From: a virus
Taxonomy: Duplodnaviria > Caudoviricetes
Virus record (IMG/VR): IMGVR_UViG_3300020471_000096
Coordinates: 1 to 59,923 of that record
Direction: 5' to 3' (one strand)
Length of the DNA: 59,923 nt
Position 1 is the stretch's first letter. Each line of letters begins with the position of its first letter. Of this stretch, positions 9,584-16,729 are shown piece after piece. The position numbers were made by a program, and so were the translations under genes. The notes beneath the pieces were generated by a model that saw only the letters and a program-made list of their open reading frames with translations, ran no database searches and was not told where the DNA came from.

Positions 9584-9790
9584 CTATTTCATTCTCTCTA
9601 AAATTCTATCAATCTTTTCTTCTAGTCTATTAATTGCAACAGTAACATCATCACGCTTTGCGTAATCTTCTCTGGTTTTATTTAATAATATATCAATTCT
9701 TTTAATTTCTCTTGATTGTGTTGCCAAGAACCATCCTCCACCTAATACGATTATACCCATCAACCCATCGATAATATGCGCCATATCCAT
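9584..9790 (-). CDS. Small membrane/coiled-coil protein
   Basis: N-terminal TM segment followed by RLEEKIDRIL. Confidence 0.7.
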   Translation of the reverse strand: MDMAHIIDGLMGIIVLGGGWFLATQSREIKRIDILLNKTREDYAKRDDVTVAINRLEEKIDRILERMK

Positions 9791-11310
9791 TAATAATACT
9801 CCACAGGCCTTCTGTACTTAGGTTCATCATCCCAATCATCCATTGCGGTCCTTATCCAACCACCTTGTCTGAATCTTAACAGTGCCTGTGTAGTGGAGTC
9901 AACCAAGTCATCGTGATCTCCTGTAGGAAATGATGCGCATTCCTCTATCACTTCATCGGCCCACCTAGTGGGTGGACACCAAATAACACCACTAGCAAAT
10001 AAGTCTGTTACACTGTTAACTCTTGCTATCTTATCCTGTCCACGGCTCGGTGTAAACTCCGTAACTGGTATTCCCATCGCTCTAAGCTCAAAAATTAAGG
10101 GAGATCCTGCTGCTTTTGCCTCAATAATCATTTGATCTGGCTCGTATTCCCAGTATTTTTCGTATGCTGCACGTTTTAAATCAGGAAATTCCAATTTTTC
10201 TTTAAATGCATCGAGTAATATTAGATTTGGCCTGTCTGCACCATCATCATCCGGCAAATAAAAGATACCCCAAGTGGTACAGGCGCTATAATCTGCCCTT
10301 TGTGTCTTTAAAAACGCTGTATCCCATGATTGTATGATGGATTCACATGGTGGAAGGTCATCTTTTTCCCATTCTTGCCACCATTCACGCTTAATTAGCG
10401 CTCCCTCCTCGGATGTGGGGTCTTGCTGGTACTGTGCGTTCCATTTTGCCACTGGTAATTCAGCTCTGAGAGCGTCTAACTCTGATCTTTTCCAAAATTC
10501 TGGCCATAAAGTCTTGTTTGACGGCAGTATTGCAGGAAGTTGTATCAATTCCCAATCGTTAGAACCTTCTCTTTCGATAGATTTGTTGATTATCTGCCCT
10601 GTTAAATCTCTTTTTGACCATCTTGTCATCACAAGTATGATGGCACCACCCGGTTGTAGTCTCTGTCTAGGCCCTGATGTATACCATTCGTAAACTTTGT
10701 TATAAACTTCTGGGTTGTAATCTCCCATTGTGGCCTCCTGCTCGGAGTGGGGGTCATCAATAATTAAAATATCAGCACCCTTACCCGTAACTGCTCCACC
10801 AACACCTATAGCGAAGTAGTCACCACGCTTGTTTGTGTTCCATCTACCTGCCGCTTTACTGTCTGTGGATAACTCTATGCCCGGAAATACATGCTGGAAG
10901 TCTTCGTTCTGTATTAAATTACGAACCTTCCTGCCAAAACCAACAGACAGCTCTGCAGTGTGTGCGGTCTGTATAACTTTCTTTTCCGGATACTTTCCCA
11001 AAAACCATGCTGGGAATAAATAGCTTGCAAATTCTGACTTGGTATGACGGGGTGGCATGTTGATGATCAGTCTTTTCAAATCACCCCGGGCCACTTTCTC
11101 AAATGCCTCTGCCATTATCTCATGGTGCTTTCCATGAATAAAAGACGGCCACATAAGTTTAACAAAAGATAAAAAATTATCTCTTGCGTCTTCTCTTTCT
11201 TTTACGGATTCGTATTCTTCTACTAGTGCCAGAATCTCTTTTTGCTTCTCTGGTGGAAGCTCACTAATCTTATCTAGATTATCTTTTAAGATATTAGACA
11301 GATCATTCAT
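9790..11310 (-). CDS. terL: Terminase large subunit
   Basis: Walker A variant MPPRHTKS, Walker B LIIDDP, nuclease motifs SWDTA and HDDLVD. Confidence 0.95.
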   Translation of the reverse strand: MNDLSNILKDNLDKISELPPEKQKEILALVEEYESVKEREDARDNFLSFVKLMWPSFIHGKHHEIMAEAFEKVARGDLKRLIINMPPRHTKSEFASYLFPAWFLGKYPEKKVIQTAHTAELSVGFGRKVRNLIQNEDFQHVFPGIELSTDSKAAGRWNTNKRGDYFAIGVGGAVTGKGADILIIDDPHSEQEATMGDYNPEVYNKVYEWYTSGPRQRLQPGGAIILVMTRWSKRDLTGQIINKSIEREGSNDWELIQLPAILPSNKTLWPEFWKRSELDALRAELPVAKWNAQYQQDPTSEEGALIKREWWQEWEKDDLPPCESIIQSWDTAFLKTQRADYSACTTWGIFYLPDDDGADRPNLILLDAFKEKLEFPDLKRAAYEKYWEYEPDQMIIEAKAAGSPLIFELRAMGIPVTEFTPSRGQDKIARVNSVTDLFASGVIWCPPTRWADEVIEECASFPTGDHDDLVDSTTQALLRFRQGGWIRTAMDDWDDEPKYRRPVEYY

Positions 11311-11530
11311 TATTGCTCCACACTTCAGGAGGTCTGCTTTCTACAATCTTTTTTGCCAACTCAATCATCCACAAACTATCCTCTGTTTCAACTGAAGATG
11401 AGACATGCAATACCCTATCACCACTTTCATCAGTGGTCCATCCTATTACCAGAGCATCTTCTAACTCAAATTCTTCTATTATTTTAGGAGATTTTCTGTA
11501 ATCACTTAAGGTTACAATATTGTCTGACAA
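11303..11530 (-). CDS. Hypothetical protein
   Basis: TTG start with AGGA upstream; overlaps the terL start. Confidence 0.6.
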   Translation of the reverse strand: MSDNIVTLSDYRKSPKIIEEFELEDALVIGWTTDESGDRVLHVSSSVETEDSLWMIELAKKIVESRPPEVWSNNE

Positions 11531-11589
11531 ATAATTGTTCCTTTACAATATTTATAAATATAATATTTATAAACTTCTATAGGATATTA

Positions 11590-11620
11590 ATAAACTTCTT
11601 TAGGATATTTATAAATATTA
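11590..11620. repeat. 31-bp AT-rich element, inverted copy of 23086-23116
   Basis: Reverse complement matches 23086-23116 at 30/31 positions. Confidence 0.8.
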
Positions 11621-11697
11621 AAACAATAAATTTTATTTATACTATTTTTCAATAAATTTCAATAAAAAAAGAATCATATAGGCATTTTTTTTTAAAG

Positions 11698-11725
11698 TTG
11701 ACATTATATTACTTACACGTATATC
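11698..11725 (+). promoter_or_regulatory. Sigma70-like promoter pointing at the G-rich tract
   Basis: TTGACA-16-TATATC; 22/27 identical to the promoter at 23747. Confidence 0.45.
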
Positions 11726-11818
11726 TATTAACACTTTTAATAGGGGTACCCTTTGTGAAATTTTAGTATTTTCATGTACAAAATCATGTTGTGTTGTGTG
11801 TAGCCACGGCTGTGTGTC

Positions 11819-11842
11819 GGGGTGGGTAGGGAGTGGGTGGGG
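11819..11842 (+). other. G-quadruplex-forming motif
   Basis: GGGG-T-GGG-TA-GGG-AGT-GGG-T-GGGG: five G-runs with 1-3 nt loops. Confidence 0.75.
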
Positions 11843-11880
11843 TTAGCGACTAACAAAAAAAATTTAGAGCGACCACATTA

Positions 11881-11928
11881 AAAGAACTTATCGTTCCTAG
11901 CTGTAAAGAACTTATCGTAACTAGCTGT
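11881..11928. repeat. 24-bp tandem repeat x2
   Basis: AAAGAACTTATCGTTCCTAGCTGT / AAAGAACTTATCGTAACTAGCTGT (22/24). Confidence 0.9.
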
Positions 11929-11947
11929 AAAAGTTTACGTAACTTTT
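11929..11947. repeat. Dispersed TTACGTAA palindrome, copy 1
   Basis: AAAAGTTTACGTAACTTTT at the terS stop. Confidence 0.75.
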
Positions 11948-12468
11948 TATTTGGAAATTATACTGTTTAGCTTGTTCAGTAATTCGTTTTCTATTTCTAC
12001 TGATGACCTATCACGTTTATCATCCACCTTTAAAACGTCAGTAAATAATCCATGATGCTTTCCAAGTAATTCTAAACCTTTCAGCCGGACTGCATCAGTT
12101 ACATTTACATCATCAGCCATCTTTTCTATCTTCTGTAATATTACGTCACTCCTTTTGACGCTGTCCATGCTATGCAATTGCTGTTTATGCTCTAATAACT
12201 TATTTATTGTTAAGGTTATGTTAATGTCTGCTCTTAGCTTAGATGCCATTGCTCTTAAAGAATTACCTTTAGTTTTTTCTGATACATTATAGTTGTTACG
12301 ATATGCATCAATATACGTCATATCATTGAATACAATATCCCTACAAAATCCCATTTGCTTTGCTGTCAATTCTGATCCAATAACATTAGATTTTTTACTC
12401 TTATCTTTTTTCGCATTGTTATCACTTACCAATTTTAATTTAGGTTTATTATCTTTTTTATCTGACAT
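11947..12468 (-). CDS. terS: Terminase small subunit
   Basis: LTAKQMGFC...DAYRNNY HTH pattern and LKGLELLGKHHGLFTD; upstream of terL. Confidence 0.85.
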   Translation of the reverse strand: MSDKKDNKPKLKLVSDNNAKKDKSKKSNVIGSELTAKQMGFCRDIVFNDMTYIDAYRNNYNVSEKTKGNSLRAMASKLRADINITLTINKLLEHKQQLHSMDSVKRSDVILQKIEKMADDVNVTDAVRLKGLELLGKHHGLFTDVLKVDDKRDRSSVEIENELLNKLNSIISK

Positions 12469-12480
12469 ATTTTTATCCTC

Positions 12481-12500
12481 AAAAGTTTACGTAAAGTTTT
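12481..12500. repeat. Dispersed TTACGTAA palindrome, copy 2
   Basis: AAAAGTTTACGTAAAGTTTT abutting the terS RBS. Confidence 0.85.
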
Positions 12501-12749
12501 AATATCATGTTCCTTAGACCTGCGACCTTTACCAATGATAGCACTTTATTATCTTTGTTTGTAGTCTCATTTCGTGAAATATTCATTGCTGTCGATTTAA
12601 GAGGCATACAGCACATGTAAGCAGTTTAGGCTGTATTGCTACCTAAAAGTAAGTTTCAGCGTTTTTGTTGTCCACCTTGGATTACAGAAGATTTAGTCTT
12701 AGTAAGTAAAATAATGTTCCTATAAGTTAAATAATATCAACTTTAGTGC

Positions 12750-12778
12750 TTGTATTCTTAGTCTAAAAATTATATATA
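12750..12778 (+). promoter_or_regulatory. Putative early promoter
   Basis: TTGTAT-17-TATATA; predicted +1 near 12783-12785, at the first base pair of the leader RNA. Confidence 0.5.
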
Positions 12779-12784
12779 AATAGG

Positions 12785-12986
12785 ACAGCCTCTGTTTGGC
12801 AACTCGTTTGAACTGTAAAGCAAACATCCCTTTTTTAACCTACTTGGGAAATTAGGATCTCGGAGACCGGAACTTGTTTTGGTCATGACCTCGAAAAGGC
12901 AAGAGCGATACAGCCCCCACAATTCGGTCTGATGAGGATGACGATATGGGCTAGTAGTTTCTTACGAGTTTCCAAATAGAGGTTGT
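12785..12986 (+). ncRNA. ~200-nt structured leader RNA, family not recognised
   Basis: 12785-12807 pairs with 12964-12986 (20 WC, 2 GU, 1 mismatch); nested stems CATCC/GGATG, AGACCGGA/TTCGGTCT, CTTG/CAAG; possible AGCCC/GGGCT pseudoknot. Confidence 0.7.
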
Positions 12987-13023
12987 AACAATTCAAATCA
13001 ATCAAACAACAATGGAGATCATT

Positions 13024-13380
13024 ATGTACAAGAAATTAAATAAAGACGAAATCAAGTTACTCAGACTATTATCTGATGCTTACAACTTTGGAAACATTGC
13101 TGATGTAGATAGTCCAACAGCCACAGAGTTTGGTGGTAAGTTTGTTGGCAACTACGAGACAATGGATTTAGTAAATGGATTAGATCACAATCTAGTTTCT
13201 CAGATTTGTAATCCAATATCTCAGATCATAACCTCGATGATTGGTAAAGAGCTACATGATCTTTGGATCAATGGATCAAACTACGATGTAGATTGGTTAA
13301 TCAATTTTACAGACAGCCAAGAGACAGTTGGCATTGAGCCATCAGAATTTGGTGGATGGAATGTTCCAAATGAAAGTTAA
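13024..13380 (+). CDS. Early hypothetical protein (start MYKKL)
   Basis: GGAG RBS before ATG 13024; acidic. Confidence 0.8.
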   Translation: MYKKLNKDEIKLLRLLSDAYNFGNIADVDSPTATEFGGKFVGNYETMDLVNGLDHNLVSQICNPISQIITSMIGKELHDLWINGSNYDVDWLINFTDSQETVGIEPSEFGGWNVPNES

Positions 13381-13385
13381 AAAAA

Positions 13386-13407
13386 GGGGGGCAAGAAATT
13401 GCCCCTC
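13386..13407 (+). other. GC hairpin with GAAA tetraloop upstream of hammerhead 1
   Basis: GGGGCAA-GAAA-TTGCCCC; A-run on the left could make it a minus-strand terminator; no U-tract on the plus strand. Confidence 0.8.
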
Positions 13408-13460
13408 AACTGTCATCAAGTGTGTGCTTGATCTGATGAGACCAAAAGGTCGAAACAGTT
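13408..13460 (+). ncRNA. Type III hammerhead ribozyme HH1 (cleavage after GUC, C13414)
   Basis: Stem III AACTGT/ACAGTT; stem I ATCAAG-TGTGTG-CTTGAT; core CTGATGA; stem II GACC-AAAA-GGTC; GAAA. Confidence 0.95.
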
Positions 13461-13480
13461 AATCAACTATGGAGTATCAT

Positions 13481-13963
13481 ATGAATAAATATGAACAAAT
13501 TATTAAGAACTTAGAGCAAACCTTTGATGAGTTCGACAGAGAATACATTCAAAGAAAAATTAATGACTATCAAATGAAATACTCAGCCATTAAAAATTGG
13601 TGGAAAGCACCGACTAAAATTAATGGTCGTGTTGATTGGTATCATCTTCACAAAGTTGGTGGTGGCAAATCAATGGCTGAAAAATTGTATGGCATCAGCT
13701 TTCAGATGGTCAGAGAACTTGCTGTCAAAGATGCTGAGGCTGTCATCAAAGCTAGAAATAAAAAGATGGCTCTGAAACTGCAAAGTTTTGGCATCAATGA
13801 AATCTATAATACAAACCTCGTAATGAACTCTGATGGATTTCATGGTTACTACAATGTCAGAACTGACAAAGGTAATAAAACAATAACAATTAGCACAATC
13901 TTATGTGGTGGCTACAATATCCAAGCATTGCACTACAGAACATTGGTTAAAATATCTAAGTAA
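13481..13963 (+). CDS. Early hypothetical protein flanked by two hammerheads
   Basis: GGAG RBS before ATG 13481; C-terminal ILCGGYNIQALHYRTLV motif. Confidence 0.85.
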   Translation: MNKYEQIIKNLEQTFDEFDREYIQRKINDYQMKYSAIKNWWKAPTKINGRVDWYHLHKVGGGKSMAEKLYGISFQMVRELAVKDAEAVIKARNKKMALKLQSFGINEIYNTNLVMNSDGFHGYYNVRTDKGNKTITISTILCGGYNIQALHYRTLVKISK

Positions 13964-13968
13964 AATAT

Positions 13969-13988
13969 GGGGGCAAGAGATTGCCCCC
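13969..13988 (+). other. GC hairpin with GAGA tetraloop upstream of hammerhead 2
   Basis: GGGGGCAA-GAGA-TTGCCCCC; paralogous to 13386-13407. Confidence 0.8.
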
Positions 13989-14045
13989 TTAACTGTAATG
14001 CAATGTGTGTTGCATCTGATGATCTCAAAAGAGTGAAACAGTTAA
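13989..14045 (+). ncRNA. Type III hammerhead ribozyme HH2 (cleavage after GUA, A13997)
   Basis: Stem III TTAACTGT/ACAGTTAA; stem I ATGCAA-TGTGTG-TTGCAT; CTGATGA; T-CTC-AAAA-GAG-T; GAAA. Confidence 0.9.
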
Positions 14046-14063
14046 TCAAATATGGAGACAATC

Positions 14064-14519
14064 ATGAATAAAGAAAAATACTTAGAAAAATCTAAAATGC
14101 TAGTAAGACTATATACCAAATCAGTACAACAAGGTTTGGATGTAAAAGAACTCAGAAGAACAATGAAAAAAATAGCTATCGATGATATGCGATACTATCG
14201 TATTTGTGACGAGTTGGAAGAAAAGGCTAAGAGATTTTCTTACATCTATAAAAACTCAGAGGATGGATACGTTGTTCCTATTACTGAGGGATGCGATTGC
14301 GATGGTGTTCAATATCGAACTGTTGGTAAGCCACAAAAGGCTGTGCCTCTTGTTCTAGAAAAGAATGAAGACGAGGCTTACGAATGGGCAGATGGAACAA
14401 TGGACATTTATTATGTCAAACCATCTGTGGCATTGAGGATGGAAAATAAATCTGTTGATCGTGTAGCTGAGGCTTACGAAAATGGGCATCCACATTCAAT
14501 AACTTTATCAAGCATTTAA
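14064..14519 (+). CDS. Early hypothetical protein (start MNKEK)
   Basis: GGAG RBS; GCDCDGV and AEAYENGHPH motifs. Confidence 0.8.
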   Translation: MNKEKYLEKSKMLVRLYTKSVQQGLDVKELRRTMKKIAIDDMRYYRICDELEEKAKRFSYIYKNSEDGYVVPITEGCDCDGVQYRTVGKPQKAVPLVLEKNEDEAYEWADGTMDIYYVKPSVALRMENKSVDRVAEAYENGHPHSITLSSI

Positions 14520-14547
14520 CCAACCAACTGCAAGAGGAGATACTATA

Positions 14548-15174
14548 ATGCAGAAAACTAAATCAATCATTGCTGACGATGTCGTTAAGCAATTAGCTAA
14601 ACAAGAGCAACAGCACAACCTTTTAAAAGGATCTAACAAGCAGAACTCTGCTGACATGAGTGCTATTAGATTGGATCAGTATGCGACAGCAATGATACCA
14701 ATTAATTCAATACCTAGATCTGATACCGGTAATATTTCAGAGGATGCGACCAATGAATTATTGACCACGTTTCAGACACGATGCGATATGACAAAAGGTC
14801 AAGCTGACTTGTTTAAAAGACATTGTGTACTTTTTACAAACAAGCATGACCTACCATCAAGCAATCTTACCAAGACCTACATCTTGGATCTGTTTGCTAA
14901 GTTGGATATCAAATCCCAAGCTAGTTTGATTAATCACAATAAAGGAGAGGATGTTAAATCTCCATTGGATACAATCATCGATAAGCTAGTAGGTCTGAAG
15001 ACTAAGACCGGTAAGCAAAGAGATGGTTTGATTATGACAGCAAAAGAACTTGAAGAGTTCGAGGTCAGACTAAAGAACAGATTTGAGATTGCTGACAAAG
15101 GTAGGAAAGCAATTGATGATGCTGAGAAAGAGCAGAAAGTTGTAGACAAAACTGTTGAGGCTTTACTCTCTTAA
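14548..15174 (+). CDS. Early hypothetical protein
   Basis: GAGGAG RBS; 208-aa ORF. Confidence 0.85.
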   Translation: MQKTKSIIADDVVKQLAKQEQQHNLLKGSNKQNSADMSAIRLDQYATAMIPINSIPRSDTGNISEDATNELLTTFQTRCDMTKGQADLFKRHCVLFTNKHDLPSSNLTKTYILDLFAKLDIKSQASLINHNKGEDVKSPLDTIIDKLVGLKTKTGKQRDGLIMTAKELEEFEVRLKNRFEIADKGRKAIDDAEKEQKVVDKTVEALLS

Positions 15175-15228
15175 TCAAATGCACAAATTGAGGCACGATT
15201 AATTTCGTGTCTCTGCTTGTTCATTTGA
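15175..15228 (+). other. Long interrupted intergenic hairpin (RNase III-site-like)
   Basis: TCAAATG/CATTTGA, ACAA/TTGT, 3x3 internal loop, GAGGCACGA/TCGTGTCTC; no U-tract. Confidence 0.65.
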
Positions 15229-15260
15229 ACAACAACGACAATAAACAGAGGAGATATTAA

Positions 15261-15566
15261 TTGTCACAAAAAAAAATATTAGAAGATAAACTAATACAAA
15301 GAACAGCTAAACTAGTTGATGCACAAAATGATTTGAAAGATCTTAAATTCAAATTGCATGAGGCTAATACTAAACTAGTTGAAACTGAGGCTCTGCTGAA
15401 AAATGCAGAGTTTATAGTTGATCATGCCATAGAAAATTTCATGGTTAATCAGCTAGAACATCTGACTAATGACCAAGCAATTGATCTAGTCGCTAAGTAT
15501 TTTGGTACAGAATATAAATCAAAGGCTGTATCAATTATGAATAAATTTATCAATCAATCTAAATAA
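15261..15566 (+). CDS. Early coiled-coil hypothetical protein
   Basis: GAGGAG RBS, TTG start. Confidence 0.75.
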   Translation: MSQKKILEDKLIQRTAKLVDAQNDLKDLKFKLHEANTKLVETEALLKNAEFIVDHAIENFMVNQLEHLTNDQAIDLVAKYFGTEYKSKAVSIMNKFINQSK

Positions 15567-15576
15567 GGAGTATCGT

Positions 15577-16653
15577 ATGCGAATACATGAAATGAGAACA
15601 GCAATCAAAAGCTGTATTATGAATAATTGGAGAGTAAGAGCCAATGGGGGCAGTAAGGATAACCTAGTCCATCCTTATGCTGAGAGTGGTGTTGGTCAAG
15701 GCAAGACAACATCTGTCAGATCATTGGTTACTGATCCGGATTTATTATCTTTAGCTAAAGAATTATTTGGCTACGATAAGGATAAGCTAGGCTTTTTAAA
15801 TTTTAGCTTGGCACAGCTAGATCCTAATGAGTATGCCGGTTGGTTAGTACCGGCTAAAGATGGCGAAAGCATGAGAAGATTACGACCTATGTTTGTGCCT
15901 ACTGAGGGATGTGGAATTATATTTGCTGACGAGGTCGCTCAAGCAAACCAAGTTCTGCACAACCTTTTTGGTCAAGCTGTAGATGAGCATCGTGTTGGAG
16001 ATTTTATCATTCCGGATGGATGGGTAATTGTTTCAGCCGGTAATCCTTTATCTGCAAGAGCCGGATCTAATAAGTTGCCATCACAACTTGCTGACAGATT
16101 TGATTTTCTTAATCTTGAGGTCAATACTGACGATGTATTAAGTTACTATGCATCCAATAATGTTGATCACAGAATTACATCATGGATTAAGTTTGATGAT
16201 CAGCATCTGCATAACTTTGATGTATCAGCAACCGGTAATGCTACACCAAGATCTTGCCAACGTGCCGGTGTTTTAATTGGCATGGATATAGATCACAGTA
16301 CATTACGAGGCATGTTGAATGGTCAGATTGGCGAGACAGCATCAGCTAGTTTAATGGCTCACATAAAGCTGTATGAAAAGCTACCGGATTTTGACAGCAT
16401 TGTTAAAGATCCTAGCACTACACAAATACCGGAAGATCGTGGTGTTTTATTTGCTTTGTGTGGATCACTAGCTAGTAAGATGAACATGACAAACTGTGCA
16501 AGTATCCTAACTTATATCCAAAGGATACCGGAGCAAGAGTTCATGGCATTTATGCTTAAAGATGCAGTACTAAGAAACAAGACCTTGGTTACTCATCAAG
16601 CTATGAAACAAGTATTAGGATCTCAAGGTAACTTGAAAGATCTATTACTTTAA
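15577..16653 (+). CDS. MoxR/dynein-related AAA+ ATPase
   Basis: Walker A variant SGVGQGKT, Walker B IIFADE, sensor SAGN, LADRF, TPRS. Confidence 0.88.
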   Translation: MRIHEMRTAIKSCIMNNWRVRANGGSKDNLVHPYAESGVGQGKTTSVRSLVTDPDLLSLAKELFGYDKDKLGFLNFSLAQLDPNEYAGWLVPAKDGESMRRLRPMFVPTEGCGIIFADEVAQANQVLHNLFGQAVDEHRVGDFIIPDGWVIVSAGNPLSARAGSNKLPSQLADRFDFLNLEVNTDDVLSYYASNNVDHRITSWIKFDDQHLHNFDVSATGNATPRSCQRAGVLIGMDIDHSTLRGMLNGQIGETASASLMAHIKLYEKLPDFDSIVKDPSTTQIPEDRGVLFALCGSLASKMNMTNCASILTYIQRIPEQEFMAFMLKDAVLRNKTLVTHQAMKQVLGSQGNLKDLLL

Positions 16654-16662
16654 AACTTTATA

Positions 16663-16694
16663 TCTGTGGTACTGCGTACCTGTAGTGCCACAGA
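16663..16694 (+). other. 13-bp intergenic hairpin
   Basis: TCTGTGGTACTGC/GTAGTGCCACAGA with GU pairs. Confidence 0.65.
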
Positions 16695-16696
16695 CA

Positions 16697-16716
16697 AAAA
16701 CTTTACGTAAACTTTT
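16697..16716. repeat. Dispersed TTACGTAA palindrome, copy 3
   Basis: AAAACTTTACGTAAACTTTT just upstream of the RBS of the VWA gene. Confidence 0.85.
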
Positions 16717-16729
16717 TTTGGAGATTTTA

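Noticed and set aside
11881-11928. Mini-CRISPR
   Set aside because: Two adjacent units with no spacer.
12807-12817. TTTGAACTGTA resembling the SAM-V riboswitch core
   Set aside because: Flanking P1 and pseudoknot pairings of SAM-V are not present.
12929-12940. CTGATGAG in the leader RNA as a fourth hammerhead
   Set aside because: No stem II-GAAA-stem III arrangement in any permutation that I could build.
13386-14045. CRISPR array or integron attC interpretation of the early repeats
   Set aside because: Only two long copies separated by a whole gene; structure is explained by hairpin plus hammerhead; no integrase or cas genes.
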